Part shown: positions 56,659 through 64,000 of the stretch, in pieces
Layout: every line of letters begins with the position of its first letter
Position numbering within the stretch: the stretch's first letter is position 1
Assembly: GCA_036561525.1 (NCBI GenBank)
Contig: DATBPD010000009.1
Location: forward strand, 29,249-93,248
Direction: 5' to 3'
Length of the DNA stretch: 64,000 nucleotides
Source of the DNA: Candidatus Dormiibacterota bacterium
GTDB taxonomy: Bacteria > Chloroflexota > Dormibacteria > Aeolococcales > Aeolococcaceae
Notes under the pieces: model-generated
Seen by the model: the letters and a program-made list of their open reading frames with translations, nothing else
Told to the model about the DNA's origin: nothing
The model's database searches: none
Program-made: the position numbers and the translations under genes

Positions 56659-57626
56659 CCGTGACCGACGCGCCGCCGGCGCCAGCCACGCCGGTGACGC
56701 CCGTCTCGGGTCCGCAGCCCACCACCGTGAGGCCGCAGGGAGACCACAGCGACGTGGTGGTGACGCTCGCGCAGATGGCGCCGCGGCTCGGCGACGTGGA
56801 CGCCAACCTCGAGCGTCACCTCGAGCTGGTCGCCCAGGCCGCGTCGGGCGGGGCCGCCCTGGTGGTGTTCCCTGAGCTGTCGCTGACCGGCTACTTCCTC
56901 AAGGACCTGGTGCCCGACGTGGCCCTGCGCGAGCAGTCGCCTGAGCTGCGCCGGCTGGCCGCGGCGTCCCAGTCGATCGACGTGGTCGCGGGCTGCGTCC
57001 TCGAAAGCGACGACGCCCGCTTCTCCAACGCGGCCCTCTACTTCTCCGGCGGCCATCTCCACCACGTGCACCGCAAGGTCTACCTGCCCACCTACGGGCT
57101 CTTCGACGAGGCCAGGTACCTCGCCCAGGGCGACAGATTCCGGACCTTCGCGGCTCCTCTGAGCGCCGCCTCGCCGCCGCGGCCCTGGCAGGCCGGGATG
57201 CTGATCTGTGAGGACATGTGGCACCCGACGGCGGTCGGCGTGCTGGCGCGGGCTGGCGTCGAGCTCTTCATCTGCCCATCGGCCTCCCCTGGGCGTGGCG
57301 TGGTACGCGGCCACGCGCTCGGCACAGCCCGCAGCTACGACGCGATGACGCGCACGTACGCCCAGCTGTTCACCGCCTATCTGCTGTACTGCAACCGGGT
57401 GGGCTTCGAGGACGGCATCAACTTCTGGGGCGGTTCGCGCGTGGTCGGACCCGATGGCCGCCTGCTCGACGATCCTGCCGGTGGCGAAGAGTGCCTGGTC
57501 ACGCACCGCATCGACCTCGCCGCGGTGCGCCGCGCCCGCATCGCCAACCCACTTCTCCGGGATGAACGACATGACATCAACGATGCCGAGACCGAGCGAC
57601 TCAGGAACCGACGAGCTCTCGATTGA
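56655..57626 (+). CDS. Carbon-nitrogen hydrolase (nitrilase superfamily), likely glutaminase partner of NadE
   Basis: '[12 protein letters not shown]' (Glu), '[10 protein letters not shown]' (Lys), '[11 protein letters not shown]' (Cys) form the catalytic triad context. It lies immediately upstream of, and overlaps, nadE. Confidence 0.85.
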   Translation: MTVTDAPPAPATPVTPVSGPQPTTVRPQGDHSDVVVTLAQMAPRLGDVDANLERHLELVAQAASGGAALVVFPELSLTGYFLKDLVPDVALREQSPELRRLAAASQSIDVVAGCVLESDDARFSNAALYFSGGHLHHVHRKVYLPTYGLFDEARYLAQGDRFRTFAAPLSAASPPRPWQAGMLICEDMWHPTAVGVLARAGVELFICPSASPGRGVVRGHALGTARSYDAMTRTYAQLFTAYLLYCNRVGFEDGINFWGGSRVVGPDGRLLDDPAGGEECLVTHRIDLAAVRRARIANPLLRDERHDINDAETERLRNRRALD

Positions 57627-58428
57627 CAGCGCGGTCGTCCGCGAGCTCCTCGTCGGGTTCGTCCGCAACGAGGTGCGCAAGGTCGGCTTCGAGCGCGTCG
57701 TGGTCGGGCTCTCCGGCGGCGTCGACTCCGCGCTGAGCGCGGCGATCGCGTGCGCAGCGCTCGGTCCGCAGAACGTCCTCCCTGTGCTGATGCCCTATCG
57801 CACCTCGTCCTCCGCGTCCGAAGCGGATGCACGAGCGGTGTGCGCACACCTGGGCATGACTCCGACCCTGGCCGACATCTCGCCGCAGATCGACGCCTAT
57901 TTCGAGCGCTTCCCGGATGCCGACCGGGGTCGCCGCGGCAACAAGATGGCACGCGAGCGGATGACCATCCTGTACGACCTGTCGTGGGCGCACCAGGCGC
58001 TGGTCATCGGCACCAGCAACAAGACCGAGCTGCTGCTCGGCTACGGCACGGTCTTCGGCGACATGGCGAGTGCGCTCAACCCGCTCGGTGACCTCTACAA
58101 GACGCAGGTGTTCACGCTCGCCCACGCGATCAACCTCCCGGCGACGGTCATCGACAAGGCACCAAGCGCCGACCTCTGGGAGGGCCAGTCCGACGAGCAG
58201 GAGCTGGGCTTCGGCTACGCAATCGTCGACTCGCTGCTCTATCACATGGTCGATGAGCGGCGGACGCGAGCGGAATTGCGCGCGCTGCGCTTCGACGACG
58301 CCTTCGTCGAGGACATCGGCCGCCGGGTGCGGGGGAGCCAGTACAAACGGCGTCCGCCGATCATCGCCAAGCTCTCGGCGCGCACCATCGACCGCGATTT
58401 CCGCTACCCCAGGGACTGGGGTACTTGA
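57562..58428 (+). CDS. nadE: NAD+ synthetase (stand-alone short NadE, PP-loop ATPase)
   Basis: '[12 protein letters not shown]' PP-loop, '[34 protein letters not shown]', 'PSADLW..Q.DE.ELGF.Y'. Start is ATG 57562, 57571 or 57583. All three overlap the upstream gene out of frame. Confidence 0.9.
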   Translation: MNDMTSTMPRPSDSGTDELSIDSAVVRELLVGFVRNEVRKVGFERVVVGLSGGVDSALSAAIACAALGPQNVLPVLMPYRTSSSASEADARAVCAHLGMTPTLADISPQIDAYFERFPDADRGRRGNKMARERMTILYDLSWAHQALVIGTSNKTELLLGYGTVFGDMASALNPLGDLYKTQVFTLAHAINLPATVIDKAPSADLWEGQSDEQELGFGYAIVDSLLYHMVDERRTRAELRALRFDDAFVEDIGRRVRGSQYKRRPPIIAKLSARTIDRDFRYPRDWGT

Positions 58429-59108
58429 CGGAGCCGCAGCCGGGGCGGCTGTACGTCGTCGCCACGCCGATCGGCAACCTCGAGGACATCACCCTGCGCG
58501 CTCTCCGGGTGTTGCGCGAGTGCGCCGCGGTGATCGCCGAGGACACGCGGCGCACGCGGCAGCTGCTCACCGCACACGGCATCTCCCGCCCCCTGCTCTC
58601 CCTCCCGGCACACGACGAGCGGCGGCGAGTCCCCGCCCTGGTCGACCGCCTCGTGGCGGGGGAGACGCTGGCGCTCTGCACCGACGCCGGCACGCCGGTG
58701 ATGAGCGACCCCGGCGCTGCCCTGGTCGCGGCGGCGCGGGCGGAGGGCGTTGCGGTCGTGCCCATCCCGGGCGCATCGGCGCTCACCACCGCCGTCGCCG
58801 GCAGCGGTCTGCGTGGCGACCGCGTTTGCTTCCTTGGCTTTTTGCCGCGCAGCCCCGGCAAGCTGCGCCGCGCGGTCGAGGCTGGGCTCGGCCTCGACGG
58901 TACGGTGGTGTTCTATGAGTCGCCGCTGCGTCTGGCGCGCACGCTGGCGCTCATCGCTCCGAGCTGCGCCGACCGCCCGGTGGTGGTCGCCAGGGAATTG
59001 ACTAAAGTTCATGAGACCTTCCACACGGGCACGGCCGCGGCGCTGGCGGAGGCGTTCGCCGCCCACCCGCCCCGGGGCGAGTGCACCGTCCTCATCGGAG
59101 CCAGCTGA
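58425..59108 (+). CDS. rsmI: 16S rRNA (cytidine1402-2'-O)-methyltransferase RsmI
   Basis: '[22 protein letters not shown]....VIAEDTR.T', 'DAGTP.MSDPG', 'FYESP.RL', 'ARELTK.HE'. Confidence 0.9.
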   Translation: MTEPQPGRLYVVATPIGNLEDITLRALRVLRECAAVIAEDTRRTRQLLTAHGISRPLLSLPAHDERRRVPALVDRLVAGETLALCTDAGTPVMSDPGAALVAAARAEGVAVVPIPGASALTTAVAGSGLRGDRVCFLGFLPRSPGKLRRAVEAGLGLDGTVVFYESPLRLARTLALIAPSCADRPVVVARELTKVHETFHTGTAAALAEAFAAHPPRGECTVLIGAS

Positions 59109-60662
59109 GTGACCCCCCGACCGGCGCACACCTTCTACCTCACCGCGGCGATCGACTACGTCAACGGCGATCCGCATCTCGGCCATGCCTACGAGAAGAT
59201 CGGTTGCGACGTGCTCGCCCGCCATCGACGGCTGCGCGGCGACGACGTGCGCTTCACGGTGGGCAGCGACGAGCACAGCCAGTCGGTCGAGCGTGCCGCG
59301 CGCGACGCGGGCATGGCACCCGAGGACTTCTCCACGCGTCAGGTCGATTCGTTCACCACGATGATGCGCGCCTTCGACATCGAGCCGACCCAGTTCGTGC
59401 GCACCAGCGGCGACGCCAACCGGCGCACCTCCGAGACGTTGTGGCGAACGGTCGCCGAGAGCGGCCACATCTACAAGGACTGGTATCGGGCCTGGTTCTG
59501 CCCGTCGTGTGAGCAGTACTACACGGAAAAGGAGATCAAGGCCGGGATGTGCCCGGTGCACGATCGCCCCGTCGAATGGGTCGAGGAGCAGAACTGGTTC
59601 TTCCGGCTCAGCGCGTTCGAAGCACGCCTTCTCGAGCTCTACGAAGACCAACCCCAGTTCGTCGCCCCCGAGCCGCGCCGCAACGAGATGCTCAACCTGA
59701 TCCGGGGCGGCCTGACCGACATCAGCATCTCGCGCGGTTTCTCACGCTGGGGTATCCCGGTGCCTGGGGATGAGTCGCAGGTGATCTGGGTCTGGTTCGA
59801 CGCGCTGCCGGCGTACATCACGGGAGTCGGCTACCCGGACGACAGCGACGAGTTCTCGCGTTTCTGGCCGGCCGATGTGCACGTCATCGGCAAGGACATC
59901 ACCCGCTTCCATGCGGTGGTCTGGCCGGCCATTCTAATGGCGGCGGGTCTGGCTGTGCCGCGCAAGGTGCACGCCCACGGCTTCGTCACCCTCAACGGGG
60001 AGAAGATGAGCAAGAGCCGCGGGATCTTCGTCGAGCCGGTGCAGCTGGTGGAGCGGTTCGGCAGTGATGCGGTGCGCTGGGTTCTGCTCAGCGAGGTGCC
60101 CTTCGACCGTGACGGCGACTTCTCGATGAGCAACTTCGTCGACCGCTACAACGCCGACCTCGCCAACGACTACGGGAATCTGGTGTCACGTACCACCAAG
60201 ATGGTGCAGCGCTACTTCGCCGGACGGGTCCCGCCGCCGGGACCGCGCCAGCCGATCGACGACGAGTTGCGCAGCACCGCCGCCCGGATCCTGCCGGTGC
60301 TCGACGCCGCCATCGACCGGCTCGCGTTCAGTGAGGCCCTGGCGGCGGCGATGCAGCTGGTTGGTCGTGCCAACAAGTACATCGAGGAGACGGCCCCGTG
60401 GACCCTGCACCGCAACGGTGACCCGCGGCTGGGCACGGTGTGCGCGGAGCTGCTCGAGGCGATCCGGGTCTCGACCATGCTGCTCCATCCGTTCATCCCA
60501 CGCGCCACGACACGGGTCGCGCAGGAGATGGGGCTGGCGCTCGAGGGAGATCTCACTGCCGAGCTGCGGACATGGCCCGCGCTCACCGAGGGAGCGACGA
60601 TCGCCGTCGGGGAGATCCTCTTCCCGCGGCTGGACCGCGAGGCCGCGCTCGGCGCCGAATGA
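59109..60662 (+). CDS. metG: Methionyl-tRNA synthetase (short form, no C-terminal tRNA-binding domain)
   Basis: 'YLTAAIDYVNGDPHLGHAYE' (HIGH-like), zinc knuckle 'CPSCEQYY...CPVHDRP', 'NGEKMSKSRG' (KMSKS). Confidence 0.93.
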   Translation: MTPRPAHTFYLTAAIDYVNGDPHLGHAYEKIGCDVLARHRRLRGDDVRFTVGSDEHSQSVERAARDAGMAPEDFSTRQVDSFTTMMRAFDIEPTQFVRTSGDANRRTSETLWRTVAESGHIYKDWYRAWFCPSCEQYYTEKEIKAGMCPVHDRPVEWVEEQNWFFRLSAFEARLLELYEDQPQFVAPEPRRNEMLNLIRGGLTDISISRGFSRWGIPVPGDESQVIWVWFDALPAYITGVGYPDDSDEFSRFWPADVHVIGKDITRFHAVVWPAILMAAGLAVPRKVHAHGFVTLNGEKMSKSRGIFVEPVQLVERFGSDAVRWVLLSEVPFDRDGDFSMSNFVDRYNADLANDYGNLVSRTTKMVQRYFAGRVPPPGPRQPIDDELRSTAARILPVLDAAIDRLAFSEALAAAMQLVGRANKYIEETAPWTLHRNGDPRLGTVCAELLEAIRVSTMLLHPFIPRATTRVAQEMGLALEGDLTAELRTWPALTEGATIAVGEILFPRLDREAALGAE

Positions 60663-61471
60663 CCGAGGAGGCGGCCGCGGCGGCGACGCTGGTCGATACC
60701 CACTGCCACCTGGTGCTGCTCGAGGAGCGCGGCCTTCTGCACGCGGCCCTGGACAGCGCGGCCGAAGCCGGAGTCACCCAGATCATCAGCGTCGGTCTCA
60801 ACGTGGAGGACTCCGACCGCAATCGGGTCCTCGCCGAGGCGCATGACAACGTCTGGTTCACGGTGGGCTGGCATCCACACCAGGCGCGTGCCCCGGACGA
60901 CGCCCAGCTCGAGGCGCTCGACACACTGCTGCGGCACCCAAGAGCGGTGGCGGTGGGGGAGATCGGGCTCGATCTCTTCTTTCGGCCCGGATACCACGAC
61001 ACGCCGCTTGACGAGCAGCGCCGCGCGATGCACGCGATGCTCGACCTCGCCGCGGCGCACCGCAAACCGGTCGTGGTCCATGACCGTGATGCGCACGCCG
61101 AGGTTCTCGCCGCGGTCCGCGAGCACGCGGGAGTCCGCGGTGTGATGCACTGCTTCAGCGGCGACGTCGCCTTCGCCCGCGAATGCGTTGCCGCCGGGTA
61201 CGCGATCTCGTTCTCGGGCATGGTCACCTTTGCGCGCAGTGAGCCGATCCAGGCGTCCGCTGCCGCGGTCGGGGAGGGCGACTACGTGGTCGAGACCGAC
61301 TCTCCGTTTCTCGCACCGGTGCCACACCGAGGCCGGCCCAACCTGCCCGGGTATGTCGCCGCCACCGCCGCGGCCGTGGCGCGACTGCGCGGGGTCGACG
61401 ATGACGTGGCCCGTGCCCAGAGCACGAGGACGGCGCGCCGGGTCTTCAACCTGCCCAGCCGAGCGCCGTGA
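60659..61471 (+). CDS. tatD: TatD-family metal-dependent hydrolase
   Basis: 'LVDTHCHL', 'VAVGEIGLD', 'PVVVHDRDAH', 'GVMHCFSG', 'VVETDSPFLAP.P.RG..N.P'. Confidence 0.9.
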   Translation: MTEEAAAAATLVDTHCHLVLLEERGLLHAALDSAAEAGVTQIISVGLNVEDSDRNRVLAEAHDNVWFTVGWHPHQARAPDDAQLEALDTLLRHPRAVAVGEIGLDLFFRPGYHDTPLDEQRRAMHAMLDLAAAHRKPVVVHDRDAHAEVLAAVREHAGVRGVMHCFSGDVAFARECVAAGYAISFSGMVTFARSEPIQASAAAVGEGDYVVETDSPFLAPVPHRGRPNLPGYVAATAAAVARLRGVDDDVARAQSTRTARRVFNLPSRAP

Positions 61472-62337
61472 CCGACACGCATGCGCCGGGCACGCCGGAT
61501 CTCACCGATGCAGACACCCTGCACGCGGTGGCACGCCGCGCCGGACTGGTCGCCAAGCACAGGCTTGGGCAGAACTTCCTGGTCGACCGTGCCGTGCTCG
61601 ACGACATCATCACCGCACTGGCGCCGACCGCGGACGACGACGTCCTCGAGGTGGGCCCCGGCATCGGCACGCTGACCGGCGAGCTGGCGGCCCGGGCGCG
61701 TCGCGTCGTCGCGGTCGACATCGACGAGCGATGCGTCGAGGCGACCCGCGCGACCCAGCGCGGCCGCCCCAACGTCGAGGTGGTGCACGGGGATGCACTC
61801 GCCGTCGAGCCCGCAGCGCTGGGGCTCGGAGAAGGCTGGATCGCCGCAGGCAACATTCCCTACAGCATCACCACGCCGCTGTTGACGCGTCTGTTCGAGA
61901 TGGCCACGCCACCGCGTCGGGGCGTCTTCCTGGTGCAGCGCGAGGTGGCGGCGCGCCTTGCCGCGGAGTCCGGCGGTTGGAGCCTGGCGACGGTGGCGGT
62001 CAGGAGCGTGGCCACGGTGGATCGCCTCCGCGACGTGTCACCGGCGAGCTTCGACCCATCCCCTGCGGTGCACTCGAGCCTGGTCCGGCTGCGACCCGCG
62101 TCGCTGCTCAGCCACGACGACCGGGTCGCGGTCCTCGACATCGCCCGGGCCGCGTTCCAGATGCGCCGCAAGATGCTGCGCCACGGGATCACCCGCGCGG
62201 CCGGAGGCGACGAGCGCCGGGGCATGGCCTGGCTCGCGGCCGCCGGCATCGACCCGGGCCGCCGCCCGGGCACCCTCGACATCGACGAATGGCACCGCAT
62301 CGCCCTCTGCGCCCGTACGCTTGACGCTCAGCCGTGA
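61468..62337 (+). CDS. rsmA: 16S rRNA (adenine1518/1519-N6)-dimethyltransferase
   Basis: 'LGQNFLVD', 'VLEVGPGIGTLT', 'AAGNIPYSITTPLL', 'FDPSP.V.SSLVRL'. Confidence 0.92.
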   Translation: MTDTHAPGTPDLTDADTLHAVARRAGLVAKHRLGQNFLVDRAVLDDIITALAPTADDDVLEVGPGIGTLTGELAARARRVVAVDIDERCVEATRATQRGRPNVEVVHGDALAVEPAALGLGEGWIAAGNIPYSITTPLLTRLFEMATPPRRGVFLVQREVAARLAAESGGWSLATVAVRSVATVDRLRDVSPASFDPSPAVHSSLVRLRPASLLSHDDRVAVLDIARAAFQMRRKMLRHGITRAAGGDERRGMAWLAAAGIDPGRRPGTLDIDEWHRIALCARTLDAQP

Positions 62338-63722
62338 CCGAACCGAGCATCTCCTTCCAGCCCGGCGACGAGGTTGCGCCCCCGGCGTCGCGCCGGCTCC
62401 ACGCCGCACGCACCGCGGTGCCGCCGCTGCTCGACGAACGGCAGGGCCTGCGGGCGGTCATCTCACTGCCCGACTTCAGGAAGCTGTGGCTGGCCCAGGC
62501 AGCGAGCCAGCTGGCCGACAAGTTCCTGATGTTCACCCTTCTCATCGTCGTCTTCGACCTGAGCAGGAGGGCCTCGATCCAGTCGGTGCTGATGATCGCC
62601 TACACGCTGCCGTCGGTCTTTCTGAGCGCCCCGGCCGGGGTGATCGCCGATCGCTACGACAAGCGCACCCTGATGATCGCCACCAACGTGATCCGCGGCG
62701 GCCTGGTCCTACTGATCCCGCTCATCGAGGTGCTGCCCGTCGTCGGTCAGCAGGCCTGGCCGCTGATCATCGTCACCTTCCTGTTCAGCGCCGTGGGCCA
62801 GGTGTTCGCCCCGGCCGAGGCGGCCAGCATCCCCTCGCTGGTGCGCCGTGGCCAGATCATGGGGGCCACGTCACTGTTCATGACCACGGTGATCCTCACG
62901 CTGGTGATCGGGGTGCCCGCGGCGACGCTGGCGATCCGGCTGGTGGGAGAACGTGCGCCGTTCTACATCGCGGCCGCGCTGTTCGGCCTTGCCGCGATCG
63001 CGATCTGGCGCATCGGCACCTCGCTGCGCGCCGTCCGTACGGTGACGGCCCGGCCGCCGAGCCTGCGCAGCGAGCTGCACGAGGGAATCAGGGTCATCGC
63101 CGGCAACCCCGCCATCCGGCTCGGGCTCTACCAGCTGGCCATCGCGCTCGTGGTCGTGTTCACCGTGTTCGCGCTCGGACCCGTTTTCATGCTGCGCGAG
63201 CTGCACCGCTCCGACCAGGACACCTACCTGGTCCTGATCCCGGCGACGTTCGGGCTCGTCGCCATGGCGGCGCTGCTGGCCCAGCGCTCCAGCACCGCCA
63301 TCTCCAAGGCCACGACCCTGATCGGTTCTCTCTGCGTTGGCGGCGCGTCGCTGGCGGCGATCGGCATCGCCCCCCCGCTCTTCAGGCAGATCGGCGCCCA
63401 AGGTGCACTGGTGCCGGTGGTGCTGGTGCTCAGCGGCGTGTTCGGCTGCGCGCTCGGCGGCCTGTTGATCCCCGCATTCACCGTTCTCCAGGAGCGCACC
63501 GACGAGGAGAGCCGGGGGCGGATCTTCGGCAGCATCTTCGCAGTCATCAACGCGGCGGTAGCGATCCCGCTGCTGGTTGCCGGGGTCATCGCCGACGCCG
63601 TCGGTGTGGCCAGCGTTGTGGCCGGACTTGGCGTCATCATCCTGCTCGGCGCGGTGGTTGCCAGGCTGGCCTTCTGGGGTCAGCTTGCGGTGCTCGACGC
63701 CGTCACCGACAAGGCCGACTGA
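62334..63722 (+). CDS. MFS transporter (12-TM class, EntS/MFS_3-like)
   Basis: 'FRKLWLAQAASQLADKF', 'PAGVIADRYDKR' (motif-A-like loop), and about 12 hydrophobic segments. The GTG overlaps the rsmA stop. Confidence 0.8.
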   Translation: MTEPSISFQPGDEVAPPASRRLHAARTAVPPLLDERQGLRAVISLPDFRKLWLAQAASQLADKFLMFTLLIVVFDLSRRASIQSVLMIAYTLPSVFLSAPAGVIADRYDKRTLMIATNVIRGGLVLLIPLIEVLPVVGQQAWPLIIVTFLFSAVGQVFAPAEAASIPSLVRRGQIMGATSLFMTTVILTLVIGVPAATLAIRLVGERAPFYIAAALFGLAAIAIWRIGTSLRAVRTVTARPPSLRSELHEGIRVIAGNPAIRLGLYQLAIALVVVFTVFALGPVFMLRELHRSDQDTYLVLIPATFGLVAMAALLAQRSSTAISKATTLIGSLCVGGASLAAIGIAPPLFRQIGAQGALVPVVLVLSGVFGCALGGLLIPAFTVLQERTDEESRGRIFGSIFAVINAAVAIPLLVAGVIADAVGVASVVAGLGVIILLGAVVARLAFWGQLAVLDAVTDKAD

Positions 63723-63866
63723 CCGTCGACGGGGTGGGCTGAGGTCGCGGCCGTGCAACGACGCCGTCGCGGCTGTGTCATATCTCCCTCGGTCCCTCCA
63801 CCCGGTGCAAAGCTGGCCGGCACCGTTCCCCTCGGCACGGATCCCCGGGCAATGTGGAGAGACAAG

Positions 63867-64000
63867 ATGCGGGCCATCGTCACGTGCGAGTGCTGCGGTC
63901 ACCGCCAGGCCGTGGCCCGGCCGATTCGCTCACCCGAAGCCTTCCATGTCGTCTGCCACGAGTGCGAGGGGGTGCTCCGGGTCGAGGTGACCGCCGACGA
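63867..64000 (+). CDS. Hypothetical small Cys-rich (zinc-ribbon-like) protein, 3' end beyond window
   Basis: The ATG is preceded by GGAGAG (63856-63861). It reads MRAIVTCECCGHRQAVARPIRSPEAFHVVCHECEGVLRVEVTAD with CxCC...CxxC and GC-rich third positions. It is not in the ORF track because no stop falls inside the window. Confidence 0.4.
   Translation, partial: MRAIVTCECCGHRQAVARPIRSPEAFHVVCHECEGVLRVEVTAD

Noticed and set aside
57562-57626. Calling the CN-hydrolase/nadE pair a frameshifted pseudogene of a fused NadE.
   Set aside because: Both parts look complete: the catalytic triad is present upstream, and the stand-alone-type N-terminus and PP-loop are present downstream. Two-gene arrangements are known. 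I cannot exclude a sequencing indel, so it is reported as a finding and not as a pseudogene.

Overview
This is a very GC-rich window, with third codon positions almost always G or C. It is densely packed and almost entirely housekeeping. I support about 66 protein genes. All are on the + strand except a DoxX-like gene and a four-gene OpuC-type osmoprotectant ABC operon.

Gene order follows the conserved core neighbourhoods known from both Bacillus subtilis and actinobacteria:
- rpsP-KH-rimM-trmD-rplS
- yraN-comM-dprA-topA-hslVU
- rpsB-tsf-pyrH-frr-uppS-cdsA-dxr-rseP-ispG
- proS
- relA-hisS-aspS
- a sigma-B/F-type sigma module
- alaS-ruvX-mltG-aroE-(A24 peptidase)-aroC-aroKB-aroQ-efp-asp23-nusB-xseAB
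- tlyA-nadK-recN
- scpAB-rluB-cmk-plsC
- dinG, then a CN-hydrolase plus nadE
- rsmI-metG-tatD-rsmA, then an MFS transporter

Roughly thirty gene junctions are 1- or 4-nt start/stop overlaps (ATGA, GTGA, TGATG). Several operon-initial genes have a TAnnnT hexamer 6-9 nt upstream of the start codon, which suggests leaderless mRNAs.

I saw no rRNA, tRNA, CRISPR array, transposase, integrase, phage gene or recognisable defence gene. The window is therefore mostly ordinary.

The best candidates for something undescribed are:
1. An orphan FtsA-family actin-like ATPase, translationally coupled to a 555-aa single-pass, Cys-paired membrane protein, wedged between alaS and ruvX.
2. A sigma module with a motif-degenerate RsbW-like anti-sigma, no STAS antagonist, two tiny membrane proteins and a near-consensus GTTT-N14-GGGTAT promoter.
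3. An EF-P with Arg32 in its loop.
4. Two structured or non-coding gaps, after relA and after aspS.

All family calls come from motif and synteny recognition by eye. No searches were run, and start codons are my best choices.
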